64,000 nucleotides of DNA from Desulfuromonadales bacterium (GTDB lineage: Bacteria; Desulfobacterota; Desulfuromonadia; Desulfuromonadales; SZUA-540), in assembly GCA_033549025.1 (NCBI GenBank), contig JAWSUS010000007.1, positions 32,001-96,000 on the forward strand. The letters are read 5' to 3'. The stretch's first letter is position 1; each line of letters starts with the position of its first letter. Below are positions 26,588-37,494 of this stretch, one piece after another. The notes below the pieces were generated by a model. The model was not told where the DNA came from. It searched no databases and saw nothing but the letters and a program-made list of their open reading frames with translations. The translations under genes and the position numbers were made by a program.

Positions 26588-27334
26588 TCAGTTGGATCCA
26601 CGTTTTCTGCCTTTCCAGTCGCGGAGGCTCCAGGACAGTTGGCTGCAGATGCCCCTCAGCAAAGCATGGTCCTCTACGCTAAGTCCGGCCCGGTGCGTGA
26701 GTTGACGTATCCGATGCATAACCGCGTCAGGGCGAGATGGATTGAGGAAGGCCGTACGGGTCAGAATTGATTCAATCTGGCCAAACAATTCCTCTAGATC
26801 TCCCTGGCTGGGGTGGGGGGACGTGGTGGTCGAAGAGGTGGGTTTAGGGGTGCGGGCCATCTCGTACAGAAAGAGTATGACGGCTTGCGCGAGGTTGAGC
26901 GAGCCAAGTGTGGCGGAGGTCTCGATGGTGGCGGCATGGGAACAGAGGGAGACTTCTTCGCTGGTCAGACCCGAGTCTTCGCGGCCAAAGACCAGACCGA
27001 ATCGGCCCTGCGGGGGCAGATTTTGCTGCAAAGCCGGAACTTCCGTAATGTCTAGAAGTTCACCCCTAAGCCTGCCCGAGCGCCGTGTGGTGGCCACCGA
27101 AAGAGTTAGATCACTTACGGCGGCGGCCAGATCGGGGAAGAGGCGGGCCTCGCCGAGCAGGTGGTTGGCCGCCACCGCGAATTTTCTGGCTTCGGCATGG
27201 AGGTGTTGGCAAGGGTTGACCAAGCGAAGATCGCCGCAGCCGAAGTTGGCCATGGCTCTGCACACCATGCCGATGTTGCCGGGGCTTTGCGGTTCGACCA
27301 GGATAATGCTGATATGGGCCAAAGAAGGGATCAT
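26588..27334 (-). CDS. trmJ: SPOUT RNA methyltransferase, TrmJ/LasT family
   Basis: LVEPQSPGNIG..CRAMANFG, VFGREDSGLT, SLNLAQAV. Confidence 0.85.
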   Translation of the reverse strand: MIPSLAHISIILVEPQSPGNIGMVCRAMANFGCGDLRLVNPCQHLHAEARKFAVAANHLLGEARLFPDLAAAVSDLTLSVATTRRSGRLRGELLDITEVPALQQNLPPQGRFGLVFGREDSGLTSEEVSLCSHAATIETSATLGSLNLAQAVILFLYEMARTPKPTSSTTTSPHPSQGDLEELFGQIESILTRTAFLNPSRPDAVMHRIRQLTHRAGLSVEDHALLRGICSQLSWSLRDWKGRKRGSN

Positions 27335-27430
27335 AACCGCCGCCGATGAGACAAAATAAAAGGGCCACCTCTGGGGATCCGGCCTCAGAGGTGGCGGCAT
27401 GGAATTTAATGGTCGCGGAGAATCGGCCGG

Positions 27431-28726
27431 TTAAGCCCTGTCATGAAGGGCTTTAAAAGAGGCCCGGGCCGCCTCAATGGTCTGGTCAAGGTCATCGGTG
27501 GAGTGTTCCGCGCTCATGAAACCGGCCTCGAACTGGCTCGGCGCCAGATTGATGCCTCTGTCGAGCATCGACCGGAAGAATCTTCCAAAGGATGCCGTGT
27601 CGCTTTTGGATGCATCGGCGAAAGAGTAAACGGGTCCTTCGGTGAAGTAGGTGCAGAACATGCCGCCGACGCGCTGCAGACAGGTGGCAAAGGGGGCCGA
27701 TTTGGCTGCTTCGACAAGGCCTTTTGCAAGATAGGCACTTTTCTCCTCAATGCGCTGATAGAATCCTTCTTCCTTTAAAAGCTGCAGAGTGGCGATGCCC
27801 GCACTCATGGCCAGAGGATTGCCTGAGAGCGTACCGGCCTGATAGACGCCCCCTTCAGGGGACAGCTGTTCCATGATTTCCCGTTTGCCGCCAAAGGCGC
27901 CCACGGGAAGGCCGCCGCCAATAATTTTGCCCAGGCAGACGAGGTCACCCCGGACACCGAAGCGTTCCTGGGCGCCGCCATAGGCCACGCGGAAGCCGGT
28001 CATGACTTCATCGATAACAAGGAGTATGCCCTCGCGATCGCAGAGAGAACGCAAGCCGGCCAGAAAGCCCTCTCTGGGGGGGACGCACCCCATGTTGCCG
28101 GCGATCGGTTCAAGAATAATGCAGGCTACCTCGCCTTTGTTGGCCTCAGCGAGGCGCGTGACGTCATCGAGGTCGTTATAGGTGGCGGTCAGCGTGTATT
28201 TGGCAAAATCCGCCGGCACGCCGGGGGATGTCGGAACGCCAAAGGTGGCCGCCCCGGAACCGGCTTTCACGAGGAGGGAGTCGGCATGGCCATGGTAGCA
28301 GCCATCAAACTTGATGATCTTGTCCCGGCCGGTGAAGCCACGAGCCAGACGGATAGCGCTCATGGTCGCTTCGGTTCCAGACGAAACCATGCGCACTTTT
28401 TCGATGTTGGGATAGGCTTCACAGACCATTTCAGCCAGGGTGATCTCTTTCTCGGTGGGGGCTCCGAAAGAGGCGCCGCTGTCGGCGGCCGACTTGATGG
28501 CTTCAACCACCTTGGGATGGCAGTGCCCGAGAATCATCGGTCCCCAGGAGCCGACGTAATCAATGTAGCTGTTGCCATCGACGTCGTAAAGCCGGGATCC
28601 CTGGGCGCGACTGATGAAAACAGGGTCACATCCAACCGACTTGAAGGCTCTGACGGGACTGTTGACCCCGCCGGGTATGCTTTTCTTCGCCTGGGTAAAG
28701 AGTGTGGTGGACTTCTCGTGGTTCAT
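27431..28726 (-). CDS. hemL: Glutamate-1-semialdehyde 2,1-aminomutase
   Basis: [53 protein letters not shown]. Confidence 0.97.
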   Translation of the reverse strand: MNHEKSTTLFTQAKKSIPGGVNSPVRAFKSVGCDPVFISRAQGSRLYDVDGNSYIDYVGSWGPMILGHCHPKVVEAIKSAADSGASFGAPTEKEITLAEMVCEAYPNIEKVRMVSSGTEATMSAIRLARGFTGRDKIIKFDGCYHGHADSLLVKAGSGAATFGVPTSPGVPADFAKYTLTATYNDLDDVTRLAEANKGEVACIILEPIAGNMGCVPPREGFLAGLRSLCDREGILLVIDEVMTGFRVAYGGAQERFGVRGDLVCLGKIIGGGLPVGAFGGKREIMEQLSPEGGVYQAGTLSGNPLAMSAGIATLQLLKEEGFYQRIEEKSAYLAKGLVEAAKSAPFATCLQRVGGMFCTYFTEGPVYSFADASKSDTASFGRFFRSMLDRGINLAPSQFEAGFMSAEHSTDDLDQTIEAARASFKALHDRA

Positions 28727-28962
28727 GGGGCCCCCTTTTTCGCCCGGAAGGCGTGTTGAGAATGATGGATGTGACTTTTTGTTTGAGTCAAGGTGAGTAG
28801 AGGACTTGCTTAACACAGGGGCCATAACATGTCAAGAAGGTGAAAAATAACAGGAAGTTGTCAGCAGGTGCCGGGAGCCTTGATGGGGTGTGAAAATCGT
28901 GACAGGCGATTCGGCGGCAGAGGACTCCAGTTTTTAATCTGGCTGTCCGGGCGCATAACAAG

Positions 28963-28991
28963 TTGACAATGTTACGGTCTTATCTTATAAA
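28963..28991 (+). promoter_or_regulatory. sigma70 promoter of the rnf operon
   Basis: TTGACA-17 nt-TATAAA. Confidence 0.65.
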
Positions 28992-29050
28992 AACCGCTCA
29001 GACCAATCGGTATTTTTTGGGCTGTGTCCGCAGCCGCGCAGGGAGTATGC

Positions 29051-29632
29051 ATGGCCGAGCTTTTACTGATTCTGGTCGGTGCCATTTTCGTCAATAACTT
29101 CGTTCTTGCACGATTTCTTGGCATCTGTCCTTTCCTCGGAGTTTCCAAAAAAGTCGAAACAGCCCTCGGCATGGGGATGGCGGTCACTTTCGTCATGACC
29201 ATTGCCGCCGTGGTTACCTGGTTCATTCAATATTTCGTTCTCAATCCCTTTGGTCTCGAATACCTGCAGACCATTGCCTTTATTCTGGTCATTGCCTCGC
29301 TCGTCCAGTTGGTTGAGATGGTCATTCAGAAAGCCAGCCCCGTTCTCTATCAGTCGCTGGGCATTTTTCTTCCCCTTATAACGACCAACTGTGCGGTGCT
29401 GGGGTTGGCGGTGCTGAATATTCAGAAAGAGTACACCTTTCTGGAAAGCGTCATTTTCGCCATCGGGGCGGCGCTGGGCTTCACACTGGCCATGGTTCTT
29501 TTTGCCGGCTTGCGTGAGCGGGTCGATATGTGTCCCGTGCCGCGGAGTTTTCAGGGAACGGCCATCGCTCTGGTGACGGCAGGATTATTGTCGCTGGCAT
29601 TTATGGGTTTTGCCGGGCTGGTCAAAGGATAG
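29051..29632 (+). CDS. rnfA: Rnf complex subunit A
   Basis: [28 protein letters not shown]. Confidence 0.95.
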   Translation: MAELLLILVGAIFVNNFVLARFLGICPFLGVSKKVETALGMGMAVTFVMTIAAVVTWFIQYFVLNPFGLEYLQTIAFILVIASLVQLVEMVIQKASPVLYQSLGIFLPLITTNCAVLGLAVLNIQKEYTFLESVIFAIGAALGFTLAMVLFAGLRERVDMCPVPRSFQGTAIALVTAGLLSLAFMGFAGLVKG

Positions 29633-29659
29633 GCCTCAGGCTGGAGGAAGACGAGTCGC

Positions 29660-30505
29660 ATGTTGGAAGCTGTAATCAGCCTGGGTGGAATCGGATTTTT
29701 GGCTGCTGTGGCCCTGGGGGCTGCCGCCAAAAAGTTTGCCGTCGAGGTGGATCCCCGTGAAGCGGCCATTCTCGAGGTGTTGTCGGGCGCCAACTGCGGT
29801 GCCTGTGGATACCCCGGTTGCGGTGCCTACGCCAAGGCCGTGGCTGCCGGTGAGGCTGCTCCCACGCTCTGCCCCGCTGGCGGGACAGAGACCGTTCGGG
29901 AGATTTCCCATATCATGGGGGTCGAGGCGGTTGCGGCAGAACCCGAAACAGCTGTGGTCCTGTGCCAGGGAGACAACGAGTCCGCGCAACTGAAATATCG
30001 TTATCTCGGCCTGGAGGATTGCCAGGCCGCTCAAAAGATTGCCAATGGTCCCAAGAGTTGCCCTGGCGGCTGTCTGGGGCTGGGATCCTGCGTCCGTGCC
30101 TGTCCCTTCGATGCCATAGAGATAACGGCTCAGGGCCTTGCCGTCATCGATCGGGAGAGATGCACGGGGTGCCGGAAATGCGTTTCTGTCTGTCCCCGTG
30201 ACGTTATCCGCATGACTCCGAGGGTGGCGACGACCCATGTGTTGTGCAACAGTCAGGACAAAGGTGCCCTCGTGCGGAAATATTGCCAGATCGGCTGCAT
30301 CGGTTGTCAGATCTGTAAAAAAACGGCGCCGGAAGCCTATGCCATTGAAAACAACCTGGCCCGAGTCGAGTATGCGCATCATGAGGCCGCGGCGTTGGCT
30401 GTAGCCAAATGTCCGACCAAGTGCATCCTGGATTTTTCACAGGCATATCCGCCGGGGAGCCACTGTGCCCCATCTTCCCCGCAATCCAAAGCAGGCGCCC
30501 TTTAA
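29660..30505 (+). CDS. rnfB: Rnf complex subunit B
   Basis: GANCGACGYPGC plus multiple ferredoxin motifs. Confidence 0.93.
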   Translation: MLEAVISLGGIGFLAAVALGAAAKKFAVEVDPREAAILEVLSGANCGACGYPGCGAYAKAVAAGEAAPTLCPAGGTETVREISHIMGVEAVAAEPETAVVLCQGDNESAQLKYRYLGLEDCQAAQKIANGPKSCPGGCLGLGSCVRACPFDAIEITAQGLAVIDRERCTGCRKCVSVCPRDVIRMTPRVATTHVLCNSQDKGALVRKYCQIGCIGCQICKKTAPEAYAIENNLARVEYAHHEAAALAVAKCPTKCILDFSQAYPPGSHCAPSSPQSKAGAL

Positions 30506-30542
30506 CGGGTCGGGTTTTCAGGTTCGAGAAAGATATCGGTGC

Positions 30543-31859
30543 ATGAAGTTCACAGCTTTTTCGGGAGGAGTTCATCCCCCCGACAACAAAAAATGGTCTG
30601 CCCATAAGCCTATTGAGGATTGTCCGCTGCCCGAGGAGCTGGTCATTCCTCTGTCTCAGCATATCGGCGCTCCGGCCAAGTGCTGTGTGACGCCGGGGGA
30701 CCGTGTCTTTAAAGGGCAGGTGGTGGGCGAGGCGCATGGATTTGTCTCTGTCCCCGTCCATGCCTCCACCTCCGGTGAAGTCATCGCGGTAGAATCCAGA
30801 CCCCACCCCTCCGGGAGCCTTCTTCCCGCCGTCGTTATTCGTCCTGACGGTGAGGATGTCTGGGCTTCGAGCCTGTCTACCGCCGACCCTGACGCTCTTT
30901 CCTGCCGTGAGATTGTGGACCGTATTCGTTCGGCCGGTATCGTCGGCATGGGCGGAGCGGCTTTTCCCGCGCATGTCAAACTCAGTCCTCCCGATGAAAA
31001 GCCGATCAACACCCTGATCATCAATGGTGTCGAATGTGAGCCCTATCTGACGGCGGATCACCGCCTGATGCTTGAGGAGACGGGTAAGATTGTCGACGGC
31101 ATGCGGATTGTCGAGAAGGCCCTCGGAGCTGATCGGGTCATCGTTGGCATAGAGGCGAACAAGCCGGATGCGATACACGTGATGATGGAAGCCTGTCGTC
31201 CTCATGGCATCGAGGTGGCGAGTCTGCCCGTGATGTACCCGCAGGGGGCTGAAAAGCAACTGATTGTGGCGCTGGTCGGTAAAGAAGTTCCCTCCGGCGG
31301 TCTGCCCATGGATATCGGTGTTGTCGTCCAAAACGTAGGGACCTGTGCCGCGGTATCCGATGCGGTTCGTCTTGGCCGTCCGCTGATCGAAAGGGTGGCC
31401 ACGGTTACCGGTGATGCGGTTGTCGAACCCAAGAACCTCCGCGTCCGCGTCGGAACTTCCCTGGCGCACATGGTGGCGGTTGCTGGTGGGAGCCAGGGGG
31501 AGGTCGGAAAAATTATCATGGGAGGCCCGATGATGGGGGCTGCCCAGCTGTCTCTGGATGTACCGGCAACTCGGGGGACATCCGGCGTTCTACTATTTAG
31601 TGAGGGGTTCGTCGATCCTCAGCCGGAAGGCCCCTGTATTCGTTGCGGACGCTGTGTTCAGGTCTGCCCATCCCGTATTCTGCCCACATCGATTGCCGCT
31701 TACGCCCGGGTTGATCTTATCGATGAGGCCGCCGGTCTCGGTGCCATGGACTGCATTGAATGTGGTTGTTGTGCCTATTCGTGCCCGGCCCGGATTCCTC
31801 TGGTGCAGGCGATCCGCTCTGCCAAAGGCGCCATCCTCGCCAAACGAAGGAAGCTTTAA
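30543..31859 (+). CDS. rnfC: Rnf complex subunit C
   Basis: GGVHP, QHIGAP, GIVGMGGAAFP, NGVECEPYLTAD, CIRCGRC, CIECGCC. Confidence 0.95.
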   Translation: MKFTAFSGGVHPPDNKKWSAHKPIEDCPLPEELVIPLSQHIGAPAKCCVTPGDRVFKGQVVGEAHGFVSVPVHASTSGEVIAVESRPHPSGSLLPAVVIRPDGEDVWASSLSTADPDALSCREIVDRIRSAGIVGMGGAAFPAHVKLSPPDEKPINTLIINGVECEPYLTADHRLMLEETGKIVDGMRIVEKALGADRVIVGIEANKPDAIHVMMEACRPHGIEVASLPVMYPQGAEKQLIVALVGKEVPSGGLPMDIGVVVQNVGTCAAVSDAVRLGRPLIERVATVTGDAVVEPKNLRVRVGTSLAHMVAVAGGSQGEVGKIIMGGPMMGAAQLSLDVPATRGTSGVLLFSEGFVDPQPEGPCIRCGRCVQVCPSRILPTSIAAYARVDLIDEAAGLGAMDCIECGCCAYSCPARIPLVQAIRSAKGAILAKRRKL

Positions 31860-31860
31860 C

Positions 31861-32850
31861 GTGGAAAAACAGCTGTACCTTTCATCGTCTCCCCATATCC
31901 ATGCCGGGGAAACCACCGAAAAGATCATGCGAGCTGTTATCTACAGCCTCCTGCCTGCCTGTGGCGTGGCGATCTATTTTTTCGGTTTCAGGGCCCTGCT
32001 GATTCTGCTCCTTTGCGTTGCTGGCTGCATGGTTGCTGAAGCGGTCTGTCAGAGGTTGATGCATAGGCCGGTCACTATTGCCGATGGCAGCGCTGCCCTT
32101 ACGGGAATTCTGCTGGCGTTGAATCTGCCGCCATCCAGCCCCTGGTGGCTGGCCCTTCTGGGCGCCGTTATCGCCATCGTGATCGGCAAGCAGGTCTATG
32201 GCGGGCTCGGCTACAATCCCTTCAATCCGGCGCTGGTGGCCCGTGTCGTTCTGCTGATTTCCTTTCCCGTGCAGATGACCGCCTGGACAAGCCCCGCGCC
32301 GCTGGGTTCAAAGGTCGATGTTGTTACCGCCGCGACGCCGTTGGGAGAAATGAAAACCGCGGTGATGCTTACCGGTGAACTGCCCCTTGCCGCCAAACAG
32401 GGGTTCTCGGATTATTTCATCGGCCACATGGCCGGATCTTTGGGTGAAATCTCCGCTTTGGCATTGCTTCTTGGCGGCCTGTTTCTGTTGTGGCGACGCA
32501 TTATCACCTGGCATGTGCCTGTATCCTTTATTGGCTCCACCTTGGTTTTTTCCGGTATTTTCTGGCTCGTCGATTCCAGCCGCTATCCCAGCCCCCTTTT
32601 TCATCTGCTCACCGGCGGTCTCATGCTCGGGGCTCTCTATATGGCGACGGATATGGTGACCGGTCCGGTGACTCCTAAAGGCCTCATCGTTTTCGGAGCG
32701 GGTTGCGGGATCATCACGGTGCTGATCCGGCTTTTCGGCGGCTACCCGGAGGGCGTCTCCTTTGCCATTTTGCTCATGAATGCTGCCACCCCTTTGATTG
32801 ATCGCCTGACCCGGCCTAGAAAGTTCGGCCTGGTTGAGGCGAGGCGTTGA
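31861..32850 (+). CDS. rnfD: Rnf complex subunit D
   Basis: SSPH, GGLGYNPFNPAL, TAATPL FMN site, GGYPEGVSFAILLMN; GTG start. Confidence 0.95.
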   Translation: MEKQLYLSSSPHIHAGETTEKIMRAVIYSLLPACGVAIYFFGFRALLILLLCVAGCMVAEAVCQRLMHRPVTIADGSAALTGILLALNLPPSSPWWLALLGAVIAIVIGKQVYGGLGYNPFNPALVARVVLLISFPVQMTAWTSPAPLGSKVDVVTAATPLGEMKTAVMLTGELPLAAKQGFSDYFIGHMAGSLGEISALALLLGGLFLLWRRIITWHVPVSFIGSTLVFSGIFWLVDSSRYPSPLFHLLTGGLMLGALYMATDMVTGPVTPKGLIVFGAGCGIITVLIRLFGGYPEGVSFAILLMNAATPLIDRLTRPRKFGLVEARR

Positions 32851-32865
32851 GGGAAGAGTGTGATT

Positions 32866-33474
32866 ATGAAAGAAATCGGACGTCTGGCCCTTGTGTTGAC
32901 CCTTATTGCCGCTGGTGCCGCCCTCATTCTCTCGCTGGTGGAAGCGGTGACCAGGGCACCCATCGCTGAAACCCGTCGTCAGGAGACCCTTAAGGCTATT
33001 CGGGCCGTCTTGCCGGCTGACATCAATAACTCTCCCGATGAAGATACGGTGGCCCTGATTGCCGGCCAGGATAAAAAAGGGCGCGATGTGGTTAACACCT
33101 TTTATCGTGGGCGAAAAGAGGGGCAGATGGCTGGGGTGGCCTTTAAGGTTGTGGCGCCTGACGGCTACAGTGGCAATATCACCATTATGGTTGGTGTCCT
33201 GCCCGATGGCCGTGTTCATGGCATAGAAATTCTGTCTCATGCCGAGACCCCCGGTCTCGGTGATGCCATAGAGTTGCCCTGGTTTAAAGAGCAGTTCAGC
33301 GGCAAAAGCCTTGAAAGTGCTGACTGGCGGGTGAAAAAGGACGGTGGGCAGTTCGATCAGATCACCGGTGCCACCATTTCGCCCCGAGCCGTTGTAGGTG
33401 CCGTCAAAAAGGGACTGGAGTTTTTTTCTTCCAACCGGGCTGAGATACTGACTTCCGGGGAGGGCGTGAAATGA
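32866..33474 (+). CDS. rnfG: Rnf complex subunit G
   Basis: DGYSG, ETPGLG, DQITGATIS. Confidence 0.95.
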   Translation: MKEIGRLALVLTLIAAGAALILSLVEAVTRAPIAETRRQETLKAIRAVLPADINNSPDEDTVALIAGQDKKGRDVVNTFYRGRKEGQMAGVAFKVVAPDGYSGNITIMVGVLPDGRVHGIEILSHAETPGLGDAIELPWFKEQFSGKSLESADWRVKKDGGQFDQITGATISPRAVVGAVKKGLEFFSSNRAEILTSGEGVK

Positions 33475-34064
33475 AGCTTGTCGCGGAATTTTCCAAGGGG
33501 ATATGGAAAGAAAATCCGGTATTTAAGCTCGTCCTTGGCATGTGCCCGGCCCTTGCCGTGACCACCAGCGCCGAAAATGGTTTGGGCATGGGCTTGGCCA
33601 CCACCTTTGTCCTTGTGTGCTCCAATATCGTCGTTTCGCTTATGCGCCGCCTCATTCCCTCCAAGGTTCGTATTCCCGCCTTCATCGTGGTCGTGGCTTC
33701 CTTTGTCACTGTTGTGCAGCTGTGTATGGAGGCCTATTTATACGACTTGTATAAAGCCCTAGGCCTGTTTATTCCCCTCATCGTGGTTAACTGCCTCATT
33801 CTGGGGCGGGCAGAAGCCTTTGCCTCCAAAAACCCATTGTCTGTATCAGTAATGGATGGGATCGGCATGGGGCTTGGATTCACGTTGTCCTTGTTTCTCC
33901 TTGGGGCCGTGCGTGAAATCCTGGGCGCCGGGGCTTTGTTTGGCTACAGCGTTTTCGGGGCGACCTATAAGCCTTTCCTTCTTATGATCCTGCCTCCGGG
34001 TGCGTTCATTGCTCTGGGATTTCTCCTGGCCATGATGAATCGCCTTGAGTCCAGAAGACCATAG
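33471..34064 (+). CDS. rnfE: Rnf complex subunit E
   Basis: ENPVF..LGMCPALAVT, IPLIVVNC.ILGRAE. Confidence 0.95.
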   Translation: MKLVAEFSKGIWKENPVFKLVLGMCPALAVTTSAENGLGMGLATTFVLVCSNIVVSLMRRLIPSKVRIPAFIVVVASFVTVVQLCMEAYLYDLYKALGLFIPLIVVNCLILGRAEAFASKNPLSVSVMDGIGMGLGFTLSLFLLGAVREILGAGALFGYSVFGATYKPFLLMILPPGAFIALGFLLAMMNRLESRRP

Positions 34065-34189
34065 TCCTGAAGCCCCTCTGCTGCCGACCGAGATTCTGTA
34101 CCCTCCCGGTAGGGGAAGCACCCAAGGGATGCAAGCAAAATAATTGACATAACCTGTTGTTAATACGCCGAAATGATAGAGATAATTGC

Positions 34190-34241
34190 ATACAGTATAC
34201 TGTATTTTTTCCTTGACAAAGGAATCCAATTATCCTAACTT
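34190..34241 (+). promoter_or_regulatory. nuo promoter with upstream palindrome
   Basis: Perfect palindrome ATACAGTATACTGTAT (34190-34205), then TTGACA-17 nt-TAACTT. Confidence 0.6.
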
Positions 34242-34319
34242 GCAGTCGGCCAAGCCCGGCGGTGTGCCGGGGTTTTACTTGGATAAATGCTATAAAACAC
34301 TGTTGGGAGGAGCCGTTTC

Positions 34320-34676
34320 ATGTTAGACAGTTATCTGCCGATACTTGTCCTCATTGCCTTGGCACTGGCGTTCGCGCTGGGCTCGGTTGTGTTTTCCTGG
34401 TTGATTGGACAAAAGAAGCCGAGTGCGGTCAAGTTGGCCCCTTATGAGTGCGGTATGCCGCTTGTTGGTACGGCTCATCAGCGGTTCTCGGTCAAGTTTT
34501 ACATTATTGCGATGCTTTTTATCGTGTTTGACATTGAGGCGGTCTTTCTCTATCCCTGGGCAGTTATGTTTAAGCGTCTTGGGGTTTTTGGATTTGCCGA
34601 AATGGCGGTCTTCATCGGTATCCTCCTTGTCGGTTTTGTCTATGTATGGAAAAAAGGAGCACTGGAATGGGAGTAG
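34320..34676 (+). CDS. nuoA: NADH-quinone oxidoreductase subunit A
   Basis: [24 protein letters not shown]. Confidence 0.96.
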   Translation: MLDSYLPILVLIALALAFALGSVVFSWLIGQKKPSAVKLAPYECGMPLVGTAHQRFSVKFYIIAMLFIVFDIEAVFLYPWAVMFKRLGVFGFAEMAVFIGILLVGFVYVWKKGALEWE

Positions 34677-35176
34677 ATCAGACTCTTGGAAACAATGTCA
34701 TAACCACAACGCTGGATAAGGTGGTCAACTGGTCCAGGGCCAAGTCCCTGTGGCCGATGACTTTTGGTCTTGCCTGTTGTGCAATTGAGATGATGGCTGC
34801 CGGTGCTGCCCGTTTTGACCTCGACCGCATGGGGATACTCTTTCGCGCCTCACCCCGTCAGGCTGACCTGATCATCATTGCCGGGACGGTAACCAAAAAA
34901 ATGCTGCCCGTCATCAAGGTCGTCTACGAGCAGATGCCCGAGCCCAAGTATGTAATCGCCATGGGCGCTTGCGCCTGCTCCGGCGGTGTTTTTGATACCT
35001 ACAGTGTCGTGCAGGGGATCGATGAGGCTCTTCCGGTCGACGTGTATGTTCCTGGTTGTCCTCCCCGTCCCGAGGGCCTGATGTTTGGCCTGCAGAAGCT
35101 GCAGGAAAAGATCATGAAAGAGAAGAACTCTTTCGGTGCCTCTATAGGTGTGGGTGACAGGGTGCTCGAAGCATAA
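34667..35176 (+). CDS. nuoB: NADH-quinone oxidoreductase subunit B
   Basis: [28 protein letters not shown]. Confidence 0.96.
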   Translation: MGVDQTLGNNVITTTLDKVVNWSRAKSLWPMTFGLACCAIEMMAAGAARFDLDRMGILFRASPRQADLIIIAGTVTKKMLPVIKVVYEQMPEPKYVIAMGACACSGGVFDTYSVVQGIDEALPVDVYVPGCPPRPEGLMFGLQKLQEKIMKEKNSFGASIGVGDRVLEA

Positions 35177-35217
35177 AGTCGGGCCATGCAACTGGATTAC
35201 TAATTAGGGATAGAGAT

Positions 35218-35700
35218 ATGAGTGAAAATGCCGCCGTTGGCAAATTAAAGGCCAAGTTCGCCAGTTCAGTTCTGGATGTTGTGGAGTTCAGGGGTGAGAC
35301 AACTGTGACGGTAAGGAAAGAAGATGTCGTCGCTATTTGTTCCTTTCTGAAAAAGGAAGTCGGGTACAACTTTCTGACGGACCTCTGCGGTGTCGACTAT
35401 CTTGGAAAGACACCCCGTTTCATGGTGGTTTATCAACTTTACAACATCAGCACCAAGGAGCGTCTGCGTTTAAAGGTGCCGGTCGAGGAGAGTGATGCCA
35501 CGGTTGATACAGTGTCGGGGGTCTGGTCGACCGCCAACTGGCATGAAAGGGAGTGTTGGGATCTCATGGGGATCTCCTTCAATAATCACCCGGATCTGCG
35601 CCGTATTCTCATGGCGGAGGATTGGGAGGGGCACCCGCTGCGCAAGGATTATCCCGTGCAGGGGCCCGGCCGTCGTCCCTATCAGGGACGGGTTTCCTGA
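35218..35700 (+). CDS. nuoC: NADH-quinone oxidoreductase subunit C
   Basis: ANWHERE.WD..G, GHPLRKDYP. Confidence 0.95.
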   Translation: MSENAAVGKLKAKFASSVLDVVEFRGETTVTVRKEDVVAICSFLKKEVGYNFLTDLCGVDYLGKTPRFMVVYQLYNISTKERLRLKVPVEESDATVDTVSGVWSTANWHERECWDLMGISFNNHPDLRRILMAEDWEGHPLRKDYPVQGPGRRPYQGRVS

Positions 35701-35746
35701 TCGATCTGTGAGAATGTTCACTTATTTCCTATAGATGAGGCATGTG

Positions 35747-36925
35747 ATGGCAATGACCGAAACAATGACCGTGAATATGGGCCCCCAGCACCCCTCGACT
35801 CACGGCGTACTGCAGTTGATCCTCGAGTTGGACGGGGAAGTGGTAAGAAAAGCAACTCCTCATATCGGCTTTCTGCATCGTGGGGTGGAGAAGCTGTCCG
35901 AGTATCGCACCTATCACCAGACTATACCCTTGACCGATCGCCTCGACTACTTGGCCCCCATGAGCAACAATCTCGCCTATGTTCTGGCTGTGGAGAAGTT
36001 GCTCGGCATTACCGACCAGATTCCTGAGCGCGCCAAGGTTGTCCGGGTTATGTTGGCTGAATTGACCCGTATCAAGAGCCACTTGGTGTGGTTGGCCACG
36101 CACGCTCTCGATATCGGTGCTATGACGGTTTTCCTCTATTGCTTCCGTGAGCGTGAACGCATCATGGATATTTATGAGAAGATCTCCGGCGCCCGGATGA
36201 CGACCAATTACTTCCGCGTGGGTGGTCTGTCTGCCGATCTTCCCGATGGCATTGTGGAGGAGATCAGGCAACTCATCGATGAGATGCCGGGCCATATCGA
36301 TACCTATGAAGGGCTTATCACCGGAAATAAAATCTGGCAGAAGCGTATCATGGGGATTGGTGTTATTTCCGCCGAGGACGCTATTGACGTCGGTCTAAGT
36401 GGACCCGCCTTGCGCGCCTCCGGGGTTGATTGGGATCTCCGTCGCGATGACGCCTACAGCGGCTACGAAGATTACGACTTTAAGGTCTATACCAGTCAGG
36501 ATTGCGATACCTGGGGGCGTTATCAGGTTCGTCTCCTTGAGATGCGCGAAGCCTGCAAGCTGATCAAGCAGGCCATTGCCAAGCTCAAGCCCGGTCCCGT
36601 TGTCGCCGATCTGCCAAAAGTATGCCTGCCCCCCAAGCAGGATGTCGTCAATACGATTGAAGCTCTTATCCATCAGTTCAAACTCATCTCCGAGGGTTTC
36701 AAGCCCGAGGTTGGCGAAGTTTACCAGGGATGTGAAAACCCGAAGGGAGAGCTTGGCTTCTACTTGGTTTCCGACGGCTCGTCCCACCCCTATCGTATGA
36801 AGATCCGCTCTCCCTCCTTCGTTAACCTGCAGGCGTTGCCGCAGATGGTTGTGGGTCGCATGATAGCCGACGTGGTCGCCATTATTGGTACTCTCGATAT
36901 CGTGCTTGGCGAGATCGACCGTTAA
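35747..36925 (+). CDS. nuoD: NADH-quinone oxidoreductase subunit D
   Basis: NMGPQHPSTHGVL, LHRGVEK, DRLDYL, GEIDR. Confidence 0.96.
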   Translation: MAMTETMTVNMGPQHPSTHGVLQLILELDGEVVRKATPHIGFLHRGVEKLSEYRTYHQTIPLTDRLDYLAPMSNNLAYVLAVEKLLGITDQIPERAKVVRVMLAELTRIKSHLVWLATHALDIGAMTVFLYCFRERERIMDIYEKISGARMTTNYFRVGGLSADLPDGIVEEIRQLIDEMPGHIDTYEGLITGNKIWQKRIMGIGVISAEDAIDVGLSGPALRASGVDWDLRRDDAYSGYEDYDFKVYTSQDCDTWGRYQVRLLEMREACKLIKQAIAKLKPGPVVADLPKVCLPPKQDVVNTIEALIHQFKLISEGFKPEVGEVYQGCENPKGELGFYLVSDGSSHPYRMKIRSPSFVNLQALPQMVVGRMIADVVAIIGTLDIVLGEIDR

Positions 36926-36953
36926 CTGATTGCTGGACAAAGGGGTTTAGGTT

Positions 36954-37451
36954 ATGAGCAATGCCGCGGAAACTGTTCAGGAAGAGGAAATCGATCTGAC
37001 CGCAGCCAATCAGGTCATCGATAAATATATTGATATGCATGGGGCTCTCATGCCCGTTCTGCAGGAGGTGCAGGAGGCCTACGGATACATTCCGGAGCCC
37101 TGTGTGCATCTCATCGCCGAGCGTCTTAACGTCTATACAAGCCAGATCTACGGTGTTTTGACCTTTTATGCACAGTTCCATCTTGAGCCACGAGGTAAAT
37201 ACATCGTCAGGGTGTGCATGGGAACGGCCTGTCACGTAAAAGGGGCTGGCCGCATCGCTGACACCCTCAAGGAGAGACTGGGTATCGGCCATGCTGAAAC
37301 GACGGAAGACCTTAAATTCACTGCTGAATACGTAGCCTGTATCGGGGCTTGTGGCATGGCTCCCGTTATCATGGTCAACGATGGCACCTACGGCAGTATG
37401 ACGGTTCAGAAGATGGACGAGGTTATTGCCAAATACAAGGCAATGGACTGA
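36954..37451 (+). CDS. nuoE: NADH-quinone oxidoreductase subunit E
   Basis: CMGTACH, CIGACGMAP. Confidence 0.93.
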   Translation: MSNAAETVQEEEIDLTAANQVIDKYIDMHGALMPVLQEVQEAYGYIPEPCVHLIAERLNVYTSQIYGVLTFYAQFHLEPRGKYIVRVCMGTACHVKGAGRIADTLKERLGIGHAETTEDLKFTAEYVACIGACGMAPVIMVNDGTYGSMTVQKMDEVIAKYKAMD

Positions 37452-37494
37452 GATTTCTTTTACAAACCCAATCCTAAGGCGGGGATGAATCCAT

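Noticed and set aside
28888..28905. Rex-like operator TGTGAAAATCGTGACA upstream of rnf
   Set aside because: Only one good half-site; too weak to call without a matrix scan
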